A stretch of 35,563 nucleotides of DNA from a virus: the IMG/VR virus record IMGVR_UViG_3300045988_077109. One strand, 5' to 3'. The number at the start of each line of letters is the position of its first letter. Position 1 is the first letter of the stretch. Shown piece after piece: positions 13,881-22,464 of this stretch. The position numbers were made by a program, and so were the translations under genes. A model generated the notes under the pieces. It worked only from the letters and a program-made list of their open reading frames with translations, made no database searches and was not told where the DNA came from.

Positions 13881-14091
13881 AAAAGAAGTATGCCTGATGT
13901 GTGAAAACTATTCAGAAGATACGAAATGTGATCAGAAAGATAGCTGCAAACTCATGGCAGTATTAAAAGAAAACCGGGCACTAAAGAAAAAAATAAGCAA
14001 GCTGAAACACCAATTGGATGAATCGGAGCTGAAAAGATCATACATGGTAAATCCAAGTGCAATTGGATACCGTAATGATATGGGGTGGTAA
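13873..14091 (+). CDS. hypothetical protein (72 aa)
   Basis: Track ORF with an 8-nt overlap with the upstream gene. Cys-rich N-terminus (CLMCENYSEDTKCDQKDSC) and a coiled-coil-like middle. Confidence 0.6.
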   Translation: MTEKEVCLMCENYSEDTKCDQKDSCKLMAVLKENRALKKKISKLKHQLDESELKRSYMVNPSAIGYRNDMGW

Positions 14092-14096
14092 AGCAA

Positions 14097-14318
14097 ATGG
14101 GACGGAGTATTTATTTCACAGATTTGGAGATTGAAAAGCTGATTGATTATGTATCTAATTCAGTTGAACTGTTGGGAGAAGCAGAAGATACATGGGAGCG
14201 GACTGCCGAGGATATGGAAAATGGACTTGGATCGGCAATAAGAAAATTATATAAAGGCAGAAGAGGCGAAAAGATTTATGCAAAATACAAGACGAAAAGA
14301 GGGAAAAGCAAGAGATAA
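14097..14318 (+). CDS. hypothetical protein (73 aa)
   Basis: Internal ATG 14097 of track ORF 14085..14318. Basic C-terminus. Confidence 0.55.
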   Translation: MGRSIYFTDLEIEKLIDYVSNSVELLGEAEDTWERTAEDMENGLGSAIRKLYKGRRGEKIYAKYKTKRGKSKR

Positions 14319-14369
14319 AATTTCCGAAATTTTTATTTTTCAATTTCCAAAAGAAGAGGAGGTGTAAGT

Positions 14370-14732
14370 ATGAGTAGAAACAGATCATTAGAAGAGATAC
14401 AAGAAGACATTAGAACGCTGACAAGAGTACCATCGGAATTCATTCATGCAAAACTGGATGAGCTGGCAGAAGAGATTGGAGAGTTAGCGAAACCAAAGTG
14501 GATTCCATGCAGTGAACGGATACCTGAAGAGCCAAAAGAAAATCTGGTGTTTGATGGAAAATGTCTTGAAGTGTATTTGGTAACGACAAAATACGGAAGT
14601 AGCGACCAAGACAAAGTATATCCATTTAGGGCTTTTTGGAATGGAATTAATTTCACGGATGGATGGGGAATTTTGGATGTAATAGCATGGATGCCGTTGC
14701 CGGAACCGTATAAGGAGGCTGAAGATGAATAA
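14370..14732 (+). CDS. DUF551-type protein, paralogue 2 (120 aa)
   Basis: SD gaggaggtg is upstream. KWIPCSERIPEEPKE ... VIAWMPLPEPYKE. Confidence 0.8.
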   Translation: MSRNRSLEEIQEDIRTLTRVPSEFIHAKLDELAEEIGELAKPKWIPCSERIPEEPKENLVFDGKCLEVYLVTTKYGSSDQDKVYPFRAFWNGINFTDGWGILDVIAWMPLPEPYKEAEDE

Positions 14733-15051
14733 TCAACAAGCAATAGATAGATTAGTGAAACATCTTGAATGGGGCTGGACTGAGGAAACAGTAGCTGCTA
14801 TTGAAATGGGGATACATGCGCTGAAAGAAACTCAGTGGATTCCAATAAGCGAGAGATTGCCGGAAGATGAAAGCTACATACTGGTATCATTTAAAAACTC
14901 CACAATGCCAGATATCGCAAGGTACGAAGAAAATGGCGGGGGTGGTACATTCTATCCGGGAGATGATGAAAAACCATATTCAAGTTACGGAATATTTGTA
15001 AATGCATGGATGCCGTTGCCGAAGCTGTATAGAGAGGAAGAGTGGTTATGA
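14725..15051 (+). CDS. DUF551-type protein, paralogue 3 (108 aa)
   Basis: SD aggagg is upstream. QWIPISERLPEDESY ... NAWMPLPKLYRE. It shares the identical 18-mer gcatggatgccgttgccg (15004..15021) with paralogue 2 (14685..14702). Confidence 0.8.
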   Translation: MNNQQAIDRLVKHLEWGWTEETVAAIEMGIHALKETQWIPISERLPEDESYILVSFKNSTMPDIARYEENGGGGTFYPGDDEKPYSSYGIFVNAWMPLPKLYREEEWL

Positions 15052-15374
15052 GATTAATTGATGCGGACAAACTGGTACTTCACTTGAATGATTATGCTTT
15101 GCAAGAAGCTCCGTTCGGACGCAATGACGGTAAAAATCAGAAAGAAATCTACGAGACAATAAAAGAGTGCATGAAAGCGGTAGAAGAACAGCCGACAGCG
15201 TTTGACGTGGAGAATGTTGTCTCTAACTTAGAGCAGCTAAAGCTTGATGGAGCTTGTGAGGACTGCGGATATTGCGAATGTCTCAATGAGTGCTGGGATG
15301 GAGATATGAGTGAAGAACACGCTATAGATATGGCGATTGAAATTGTGAAGCGAGGTGGACTGGATGAAAGTTAA
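15048..15374 (+). CDS. hypothetical protein (108 aa)
   Basis: ATG 15048 forms an ATGA overlap with the upstream stop. MRLIDADKLVLHLND... with an acidic, Cys-containing middle. Confidence 0.6.
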   Translation: MRLIDADKLVLHLNDYALQEAPFGRNDGKNQKEIYETIKECMKAVEEQPTAFDVENVVSNLEQLKLDGACEDCGYCECLNECWDGDMSEEHAIDMAIEIVKRGGLDES

Positions 15375-15588
15375 GATCGAAGACTTCTTACTGGCAATGG
15401 GAGATTATTGCAGAGAGCATAGTCCTGAAGAGTGTGCTTCTTGCAAAATGAGTGTAGATCATGAAGATCCGGGCGATGGTACAGTTTTTTATGGATGCGC
15501 TATGTTTGGATGCGAGTATCCAAAATATGCCAAGATGGTGAAAAAAGAAATTTTGAAGTACATGAAAGAAAGGAAGAAGGAGAAATGA
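15364..15588 (+). CDS. hypothetical Cys-rich protein (74 aa)
   Basis: ATG 15364 lies 6 nt after gaggtgg, within track ORF 15355..15588. Confidence 0.55.
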   Translation: MKVKIEDFLLAMGDYCREHSPEECASCKMSVDHEDPGDGTVFYGCAMFGCEYPKYAKMVKKEILKYMKERKKEK

Positions 15589-15793
15589 ATAGAGAGATTC
15601 TTTTTAGAGCGAAGAAAGTAGACGGTGGAGAATGGGTTGAAGTGCATATGCAGCGGAGTTTCTGGTCACGATCGAGGGAGCTGATAAGGCAACAACGCTG
15701 TATTATTCCCAGACAGGTGTCTGGTTCGATGAACAGGGAGAACCGTATAAGGTTGTGGCGTGGATGCCGATTCCGGAAAGGTATAAGGGATAA
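15585..15793 (+). pseudogene. frameshifted DUF551-type gene, paralogue 4
   Basis: ATG 15585 (ATGA overlap) opens MNREILFRAKKVDGGEWVE, then continues as Arg-rich nonsense to 15803. The -1 frame, open from 15641, reads SAYAAEFLVTIEGADKATTLYYSQTGVWFDEQGEPYKVVAWMPIPERYKG and stops at 15791..15793. Confidence 0.6.
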
Positions 15794-15918
15794 TGGAAGA
15801 TAAATATACAAAGACACTTGCATGGATAATTACAACAGTTGCAGTAATTATTGCAATGAAATGGACGGGATCAGCGTGGTGCTTATGGGCGCTGTTCATT
15901 CCGGCAATGATAGAGTAG
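15793..15918 (+). CDS. possible small membrane protein (41 aa)
   Basis: ORF below the cutoff: MEDKYTKTLAWIITTVAVIIAMKWTGSAWCLWALFIPAMIE. It has two hydrophobic stretches and a weak SD. Confidence 0.4.
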   Translation: MEDKYTKTLAWIITTVAVIIAMKWTGSAWCLWALFIPAMIE

Positions 15919-15937
15919 CAGAGAAGGTGATGAAACA

Positions 15938-16123
15938 TTGTATAAAAACCAGGAAGGATATCGTGATCCGACAGCAGGCAAAGCCATCCAGGATGCAAGC
16001 CGCATCCCACATCACGTAAAGGAAGCACATAAAGCATTAAAGGATATAGCAAGTCTGCTTGGATTCGAGGTCTTAGTATTAAGAGACAGGAAGACAGGGA
16101 GGGTATACCGATGGAAACAGTGA
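15938..16123 (+). CDS. hypothetical conserved phage protein (61 aa)
   Basis: TTG start 8 nt after gaaggtga. The YKNQEGYRDPTAGKAI N-terminus is a motif I recall from many Firmicutes phage/ICE small proteins. Confidence 0.55.
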   Translation: MYKNQEGYRDPTAGKAIQDASRIPHHVKEAHKALKDIASLLGFEVLVLRDRKTGRVYRWKQ

Positions 16124-16563
16124 AAGAAGAGAACGAGAAGAAAAAGGAATACCTGAAACAGTACGGCAAAGCATTACGCCAGGAGAAGCGGATCGAGGAA
16201 GAGCTGGAACGCTTAAAGCTGGATAGGATGCTTCCGGGAGCACTGGCAGCAGATGGACTGCCAAAAAGCAGCAACCTTTCTGATCTGTCGGATTATGCAG
16301 CAGAAGTGGACGAACAGGAACGGAAACTGGTGGAACAGAGAAAGAAAAGAGTTAGGATCCGGACTGAAATCAGGGAAAGAATTGAGCAGATGGAAGACGA
16401 GACAGAGAAAGATATCCTGACTTATCATTACATAGATCTTATGAGATGGAAAGAAATCTGTGCAAGAACCGGGTATTGCTGGCAGTATGTGCATAAAAAG
16501 CATTCAGATGCATTGAAAAAATTTAAATATGCGATAGAATGCGACACTCAACCTGTGATATAG
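16111..16563 (+). CDS. sigma-70 region-4-like late transcription regulator (DUF1492-like), 150 aa
   Basis: Coiled-coil N-terminal half, then EKDILTYHYIDLMRWKEICARTGYCWQYVHKKHSDALKKF, a region-4-type HTH. It is the last gene before the packaging/structural operon. Confidence 0.7.
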   Translation: METVKEENEKKKEYLKQYGKALRQEKRIEEELERLKLDRMLPGALAADGLPKSSNLSDLSDYAAEVDEQERKLVEQRKKRVRIRTEIRERIEQMEDETEKDILTYHYIDLMRWKEICARTGYCWQYVHKKHSDALKKFKYAIECDTQPVI

Positions 16564-16631
16564 TATATGCAGGTAAAGAATTGAAACGGGGTAGCAGTCG
16601 AAAGATTGTTGCCTTTTTCTTTGCCGTAAAT

Positions 16632-16745
16632 TCTGGAAAGAGGTTTGGCGGTTTACTCTGGAAAGAATTTATTCATACGTCAGTACATTTGTTTGTTGCA
16701 ATTACTTTTTTAGAACTCCTTATTACAGATACAGAAACCGCCAAA
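16632..16745 (+). promoter_or_regulatory. repeat-rich regulatory leader upstream of the HNH/packaging genes
   Basis: The direct 10-mer tctggaaaga occurs at 16632..16641 and 16657..16666, flanking tttggcggttt (16644..16654). The perfect complement aaaccgccaaa lies at 16735..16745, 9 nt before the HNH ATG. Confidence 0.5.
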
Positions 16746-16753
16746 ATAAAAAT

Positions 16754-17086
16754 ATGACAGACAAAGAAGCAAAAGCATTTTACAACTCATCTGCATGGAA
16801 ACATAAGAGAATGCAGATATTAGATCGAGATCATTACGAGTGTCAGGATTGCCGCAAGAGAATAAAAGACGCAGCTGTATCTGGCACACAGCTGATCGGA
16901 AGAGACAGAAAGATATGGAGAGCTGAAGAGGTACATCATATCCAGGGTCTGAAGGAACATCCGGAACTTGGTCTTGATGATGATAACTTGGTAAGTCTAT
17001 GTACGCAGTGTCACAACCTGCGACATGGAAGAGCTCCGAAGAGGTTCGCGAGAAGGAAGAAGCTCGCGAGCGAAGAGAGATGGTAG
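16754..17086 (+). CDS. HNH endonuclease (110 aa)
   Basis: YECQDCRKR...EVHHIQGLKEHPELGLDDDNLVSLCTQCHNLRH is an HNH motif with CxxC pairs. It lies immediately upstream of the terminase genes. Confidence 0.9.
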   Translation: MTDKEAKAFYNSSAWKHKRMQILDRDHYECQDCRKRIKDAAVSGTQLIGRDRKIWRAEEVHHIQGLKEHPELGLDDDNLVSLCTQCHNLRHGRAPKRFARRKKLASEERW

Positions 17087-17100
17087 TACCCCCCCGGTCA
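17087..17100. other. candidate cos-site core (C7GG tract)
   Basis: taccccccccggtca directly follows the HNH stop, in the HNH-to-TerS gap. The position is inferred from HK97-like HNH/cos phages. The cut sites are not determinable from sequence. Confidence 0.25.
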
Positions 17101-17227
17101 ATTCTCTGCAATTTTTTCTGAATGAAGAACGGGGATGTAGCCATGACTCTGGAGAAAAATGAAAATCTCGCGTGAAAAGGGTAAGGGTATCAGATTTTTA
17201 AATTTACTTTAAGAAGAAATTTTTTGG

Positions 17228-17253
17228 CACGGGCATAAAAACCCGTGTTTTTT
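17228..17253 (+). terminator. Rho-independent terminator
   Basis: cacggg (17228..17233), 8-nt loop, cccgtg (17242..17247), then tttttt (17248..17253). Confidence 0.7.
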
Positions 17254-17305
17254 AGCAAAAAAAGTTACGAAAAAGGCATGATTTGAGCGAAAAGAGGTGA
17301 GCAAA

Positions 17306-17617
17306 TTGACACAAAAAGACGTAAAAATGTCGCTGGTCAGACAGTTGGAACTACGTGGAATGAGTGCAGAATTCTACATGGATCTAGTGAATGATTATAT
17401 ATATTACTGGTCGTTGAAAAAGAAACTCATAGCAGATATTAGGAAAAAAGGGTTGAGATACGAGACCGTGAACGGGAATGGAATGACGGTGGAAAAAGCG
17501 AATGAAAGCGTTGTCAATTTGCAGAAAACTACGGCTACTATGTTGAAGATCCTGGCAGATCTGAAGTTAAAAGAGCCGGTACCAGAGCCGGAGAATCCTA
17601 CAGATGGTTATCTGTAA
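17306..17617 (+). CDS. terS: terminase small subunit, P27 family
   Basis: TTG 17306 lies 7 nt after aagaggtg (the track uses GTG 17297). LVRQLELRGMSAEFYMDLVNDYIYYWSLKKKLIADIRKKGL...NESVVNLQKTTATMLKIL fits the P27-family TerS pattern. It overlaps terL by 14 nt. Confidence 0.85.
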   Translation: MTQKDVKMSLVRQLELRGMSAEFYMDLVNDYIYYWSLKKKLIADIRKKGLRYETVNGNGMTVEKANESVVNLQKTTATMLKILADLKLKEPVPEPENPTDGYL

Positions 17618-19277
17618 AGAGATTGATTATTATCTCAAATATGCCGAAGAACATCCGAACTGGATAAATAAAAAAAGAAAATTACTCTTTGAAAACATCG
17701 TAAAGCCGTTGATGAAGCGGGACGATGTTTTTTTTGATGAAAAAACATATAGGAATTGTATTAAGTATTGTGAAAGCAATTATTACAAATTATTTCCGTT
17801 TCAAAAGTTCATTTATGCATTTGCATTTATGTACAAAGATGACATTCCGGTTTTCCCCACGTTTTTCATAAAAGAGGGACGTGGAAATGGAAAAGATGGT
17901 TTCATCATACCGCTGGTGAATTTTTTTCAGACTCCACTATACGGAGTAATGAATTATCACGTAGAAATCGTAGCGAATTCGGAAGACCAGGTAAAAGATA
18001 CGTTCAAAGTAGCGTATGACATGCTGCATGATAATCCTAAGTTTAAAGGCAAGTTCTCGGTCACAAAGGAGCTGATCTCAAACCTTGTAACCGGTGCAGA
18101 AATGAAATATAACACATCCAATGCAAAAACAAAGGATGGAAAAAGAACCGGTTGCCTGGTGCTCAATGAGATACACGCATATGAAAATTATGATCAGATC
18201 AATGTATTTGAATCATCATTCGGTAAAGTTAAGCATTCACGGGAATTCATAATCACGACAGACGGATATGTCAGAGACGGTCCACTGGATGAAATATCCG
18301 CAATGTGTATGGAAATTCTTGAAACGGGAGAAAACCCACTGGGGTATTTTCCGTTTATCTGTGAGATTGATGATCTAAAAGAGGCAGACGATCCGGATGC
18401 ATGGCATAAAGCAAATCCATCACTGGAATTTCTGCCAATTCTGGCAAACCGCATTATGCATGATTACCTGGAACAAAAAAAAATTCCATCTAAGCGAGCG
18501 GAGTTCCTGACAAAGAGAATGAACCTTCCGGCAAGAAGAGAGGAAGAAACGGTAACGACATGGCAAAATGTCCTGAGAGCATGTTATGAAGGTGAGACGA
18601 TGAAAGAACTGGAACGAAAGATTCCACGGATAACATTGGACACGCGAGGACATGCAGCAGTGATCGGCATTGACTATGCGGATGTGCGAGACTTCGCATC
18701 AGCTGGCGTTCTGACCAAGACAGATGATGGAGAGTGGATATGGAGACAACATACATGGATCTGTGCCGACTCTCCGTTTATTGATTCCATTAAATTTCCG
18801 TTGCGAAATGCTGGACAAGCAGAATTTGAAGATTTTGAAGTTGTTCCTGGACCAGTAATTGATGTGAATCTGATTGTTGACTGGTGTATGGAACAGATGC
18901 GAATTTTTGATATAAAGAAAATCGCAATGGACACATACAGATACACATTATTCAAGCAAGCCTTTGAAGAAAGAGGAATTTCTATTGAAAACAAGAAGAA
19001 TCCTCACGGAATCGTGAGACTGATCAGAAAGATTTCTTCAGCTACAGGAATTATTGCTCCGTTTATCCAGTCAATGTTTTCACAAGGGATGATCAACTTC
19101 GGACCGTCGGCAATTATGCGATGGTACACAAATAATACAAGTGTGACTGAGGACAAATTCGGTAATAAAAGCTTTGGTAAAATCGAACCGAAGTTAAGAA
19201 AAAATGATGGATTTATGGCTTTTGATGTAGCTATGTTCTGCAAGGACGAGCTGGAAGTCCAGATTATATACGTTTAG
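17604..19277 (+). CDS. terL: terminase large subunit (557 aa)
   Basis: Size, position and a Terminase_1-like pattern (GRGNGKDGF Walker-A-like, LVLNEIHAY Walker-B-like, C-terminal nuclease half). Confidence 0.92.
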   Translation: MVICKEIDYYLKYAEEHPNWINKKRKLLFENIVKPLMKRDDVFFDEKTYRNCIKYCESNYYKLFPFQKFIYAFAFMYKDDIPVFPTFFIKEGRGNGKDGFIIPLVNFFQTPLYGVMNYHVEIVANSEDQVKDTFKVAYDMLHDNPKFKGKFSVTKELISNLVTGAEMKYNTSNAKTKDGKRTGCLVLNEIHAYENYDQINVFESSFGKVKHSREFIITTDGYVRDGPLDEISAMCMEILETGENPLGYFPFICEIDDLKEADDPDAWHKANPSLEFLPILANRIMHDYLEQKKIPSKRAEFLTKRMNLPARREEETVTTWQNVLRACYEGETMKELERKIPRITLDTRGHAAVIGIDYADVRDFASAGVLTKTDDGEWIWRQHTWICADSPFIDSIKFPLRNAGQAEFEDFEVVPGPVIDVNLIVDWCMEQMRIFDIKKIAMDTYRYTLFKQAFEERGISIENKKNPHGIVRLIRKISSATGIIAPFIQSMFSQGMINFGPSAIMRWYTNNTSVTEDKFGNKSFGKIEPKLRKNDGFMAFDVAMFCKDELEVQIIYV

Positions 19278-19287
19278 GAGAAAAGAT

Positions 19288-20436
19288 ATGTTTAATTTTT
19301 TTATTCAGAATCGGAATAAGGAAATGCAGTCTTTGGCGGAAATCATTGCAGTGGATATGGCCAAACTGAACCTATCAAGGCTTGCCATTGAAAAAGCCAT
19401 GCTGATGATCGCAAAGGCGATTGCAAAATCTGACATTCTGATTCAGACGGAAAGTAAAGATAAAAGAAGACAGGAATATCGGTTAAACATACAGCCGAAT
19501 GACCATGAATGTGGAACAGCGTTCTGGACGGAAGTGGTTAAGCAGCTGCTGACGGAACAGGAAGTTTTGATCATTCCGCTTGGTGGAAAATACTACCGAG
19601 CATCCGCCTGGGAGTCCACTACAAATGTGCTGACGGAAAGAACATACTCGCATATCACGCTTACTTGTGGCGGATACGATTATGCTCTTTTAAAATCATT
19701 CAGGACATCAGAAGTCATACAATTAAAGTATGACAATGCAAAAATCAAGCTGTATCTGCAGAATGTAGTCAGTCAATATGATAAGACACTAGATTCCATC
19801 AATGCAATGATGCGTATGTCGGCACAGCCACGATATAAGCTGAAGCTTGGCACCAGTACGCTGTCATTCCGGGAAAAGCAAGCGGACGGAACAGATAAAG
19901 TAATGACAAAGGATCAGTATGTTGCGAAAATCAAAAATTTACTGGAAGCCGATGAACTTAGCGTTCTGACAGAATCAGATAATGTATCCGTGGATCAGAT
20001 GCAGATCAACACTTCCGTCAAAGCCGAGGAACTGTCGAAGATGGCTCAGCAAATCAACAATGAGGTAGCGAATGCATTTGATATTCCTGAAGCTGTATTT
20101 AATGGAAATATCACGGAACAATCCGATGCCACCAATGAATTTATTACTTATGCAGTCGGACCGATTGCTGAAGTTATCAACGATACTCTGACTGCTTACA
20201 TTGTCGGAGAAACCGATTTTTGTAGCAAAAACGAGAAAGTCTTGGTATGGCTTGCGAGATTTAAGCATGTTGACATTGTTGATAGTGCAGTCAATCTTGA
20301 TAAGCTCCGTGGAATCGGATTCAACCTTGACGAGCTTCGCGAAATGGTCGGCTATCCATTACTAAATACAGATTTCAGTCAGGAAAGAGCACTGACGAAA
20401 AACTATGGAGAGGAGGGCAGTACGAATGAAACCTAG
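19288..20436 (+). CDS. portal protein, HK97 family (382 aa)
   Basis: It follows terL, with SD aggag upstream. Size and order fit the canonical portal / ClpP protease / capsid block. Confidence 0.88.
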   Translation: MFNFFIQNRNKEMQSLAEIIAVDMAKLNLSRLAIEKAMLMIAKAIAKSDILIQTESKDKRRQEYRLNIQPNDHECGTAFWTEVVKQLLTEQEVLIIPLGGKYYRASAWESTTNVLTERTYSHITLTCGGYDYALLKSFRTSEVIQLKYDNAKIKLYLQNVVSQYDKTLDSINAMMRMSAQPRYKLKLGTSTLSFREKQADGTDKVMTKDQYVAKIKNLLEADELSVLTESDNVSVDQMQINTSVKAEELSKMAQQINNEVANAFDIPEAVFNGNITEQSDATNEFITYAVGPIAEVINDTLTAYIVGETDFCSKNEKVLVWLARFKHVDIVDSAVNLDKLRGIGFNLDELREMVGYPLLNTDFSQERALTKNYGEEGSTNET

Positions 20437-20517
20437 CAACCATACATAGTCGGAGGTGATCCAACCTATCTCGGAGCGGTCCGTTAAACAGTAAACTTAA
20501 AAGAAAGGAAAGAGAAC

Positions 20518-21285
20518 ATGGACGCAAAAAAGTACTATTCTTTGGAATCTAAGAATGATGTGGCAGACCTCTACATTTTTGGGGATATCACATCATGGCC
20601 GTGGTTAGAAAGTGACGTGTCAGCAAGCGGAATTGTGAACGAACTACAGTCTTTGGATGTAAAGGAAATTAATGTGCATATCAACAGCTATGGCGGTGAA
20701 GTCGCAGAAGGATTGGCGATTTACAATACGCTCAAGAATAGTGATATGAAAGTCACTACAATCTGTGATGGATTCGCTTGTTCCGCAGCATCAGTCATTT
20801 TTATGGCAGGTGACGAAAGAATCATCAATGAAGCGTCACTGCTCATGATCCACAATGCATGGACATATGCGAATGGAAATGCTACAGAGCTTAGAAAGGC
20901 AGCAGAAGACCTTGATAAGATTACACAGGCTTCCGTCAATGCTTATGTAAGTCGAGCAGTGATTTCAGAAGATGAGATTAAAAATCTCATGGACAATGAA
21001 ACGTGGATCACAGCTCAGGAAGCTGTAGAATATGGATTTGCTACAAAAACCGAAAAGTCCGATGATGGCGGAATTAAACAATCAGCATTTGCAAATATTC
21101 GCAGAGCCATTCTCAAAAAACCGGAAAATGTAAAGCCGGTAGAAATTGCAATGCAGTTGGATAATGAAGCAATCGCAGAGGTCATTGCGAAAAGAGTAGT
21201 GAATCTTTTACAGAAAAAAGAAGTTCCGTCAGAACCGAAGGAACCAGCAAATAGCAGCACTGGATGGAGTGCATTTTTTGAGTAG
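20518..21285 (+). CDS. ClpP-like prohead (head maturation) protease (255 aa)
   Basis: INSYGGEVAEGLAIYNTLKNS...TICDGFACSAASVIFMAGDERI...SLLMIHNAW is a ClpP/S14 serine protease core. Confidence 0.9.
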   Translation: MDAKKYYSLESKNDVADLYIFGDITSWPWLESDVSASGIVNELQSLDVKEINVHINSYGGEVAEGLAIYNTLKNSDMKVTTICDGFACSAASVIFMAGDERIINEASLLMIHNAWTYANGNATELRKAAEDLDKITQASVNAYVSRAVISEDEIKNLMDNETWITAQEAVEYGFATKTEKSDDGGIKQSAFANIRRAILKKPENVKPVEIAMQLDNEAIAEVIAKRVVNLLQKKEVPSEPKEPANSSTGWSAFFE

Positions 21286-21300
21286 AAAGGAAAAGATAAA

Positions 21301-22446
21301 ATGAAGATTGAAAATTTATCACAGGAATTAAAAGAAAAAGTTAAGCAGCTGTTAGAGAGCGCTCCGGCAGATCAGAAAGCGGATGCGATTATGCAGTCGA
21401 TCGAAATGATCGAGGAAGCAGCACATGCAGATCTGATCAATCAGGTGGTGGCAGAGGCAGAAAGAGCGAGCCATGACGCTGAATTTAAGAAACAGCTTGG
21501 ACTCCGCAATCTCTCACAGGAAGAAAAGAAATTTTATGAGGGATTCAAGGATATTAAGCAGTCTGTAACAGCAAATCAGATTGATATCATCCCGACAGAA
21601 ATTATCGATCGCACACTCGATGATGTAAGAAAAGCATCTCCAATTTTAAAACTGGTAAACATGGCACCGGCAAATGTAAAGAAATGGATTGTAGCATCAC
21701 ATTCAGGTGCAGCAGTATGGGGAGATCTTACAGATGAAATCAAGGGCGAATTATCAGGAACTATTTCAGCACTAAATATCGAACTCCATATGCTGTCCGC
21801 ATATCTGGTGATCCCGAAAGCCATCCGTGAACTTTCCATGGAATTTGTAGACCGGTATTTTATGGAAATCCTTTCAGAAGCAATGCAGGATGGTCTTGTA
21901 AAAGGTTATCTGGATGGAGATGGAAAGACTGGGCCGATCGGTATTTTCCGTCAGATCGGAACCACAAATGACGATGGAACAAATAAAGCGAAGACCGTTT
22001 TAAATAACATCACCAAATTCAGCCCGAAAGGACTTGCAAATGTAAGAAAAACCCTTACAAATAACGGAAAACGTGTTGTTACCAAACTGTATCTGATTTG
22101 TAACCCGGCAGATGAAGCGGAATATGTAGATCCGTGCATGTTTGGAGAAGCACTTACTGGTGGATATGTCAATAAAACATTCATTGATATTGAAAAGATC
22201 CCGGATGCTAACTGCCCGCAGGGTAAAGCAGCATTTACCATTGATGGATATTACACAATGGGTGCGACGGGTGTGAGAGTAACAGAATATGATCAGACAA
22301 AAGCGATGGAAAATGCGGATCTGATCATTGCGAATTGCTTTGCGAATGGACGAGCTGTTGATGATAATGTTGCAGTTATCTTCGATGTCACAAAACTTGA
22401 AGAGTATGTGATTAACGTACATCAGACATCTGCTGCATCCGTTTAG
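21301..22446 (+). CDS. major capsid protein, HK97 fold (381 aa)
   Basis: It follows the protease. There is an N-terminal coiled-coil delta-like region, and the size is typical of HK97-family capsids. Confidence 0.88.
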   Translation: MKIENLSQELKEKVKQLLESAPADQKADAIMQSIEMIEEAAHADLINQVVAEAERASHDAEFKKQLGLRNLSQEEKKFYEGFKDIKQSVTANQIDIIPTEIIDRTLDDVRKASPILKLVNMAPANVKKWIVASHSGAAVWGDLTDEIKGELSGTISALNIELHMLSAYLVIPKAIRELSMEFVDRYFMEILSEAMQDGLVKGYLDGDGKTGPIGIFRQIGTTNDDGTNKAKTVLNNITKFSPKGLANVRKTLTNNGKRVVTKLYLICNPADEAEYVDPCMFGEALTGGYVNKTFIDIEKIPDANCPQGKAAFTIDGYYTMGATGVRVTEYDQTKAMENADLIIANCFANGRAVDDNVAVIFDVTKLEEYVINVHQTSAASV

Positions 22447-22464
22447 TAAGAGTGAGGGCAGAGT

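Noticed and set aside
15822-16019. 65-aa plus-strand ORF (MDNYNSCSNY...)
   Set aside because: It overlaps two better-supported small ORFs in other frames: the TM peptide at 15793..15918 and the TTG-initiated YKNQEGYRDPTAG protein at 15938..16123. It also lacks an SD.
15666-16274. 202-aa minus-strand ORF
   Set aside because: It spans four short rightward genes with SDs and coupling overlaps. The translation is Ser/Phe/Leu-rich low complexity.
16539-16757. 72-aa plus-strand ORF filling the regulator-HNH gap
   Set aside because: It has no SD. It starts inside the regulator gene, and its translation is arbitrary hydrophobic sequence. The region is better explained by the repeats and long-range inverted repeat described in the findings.
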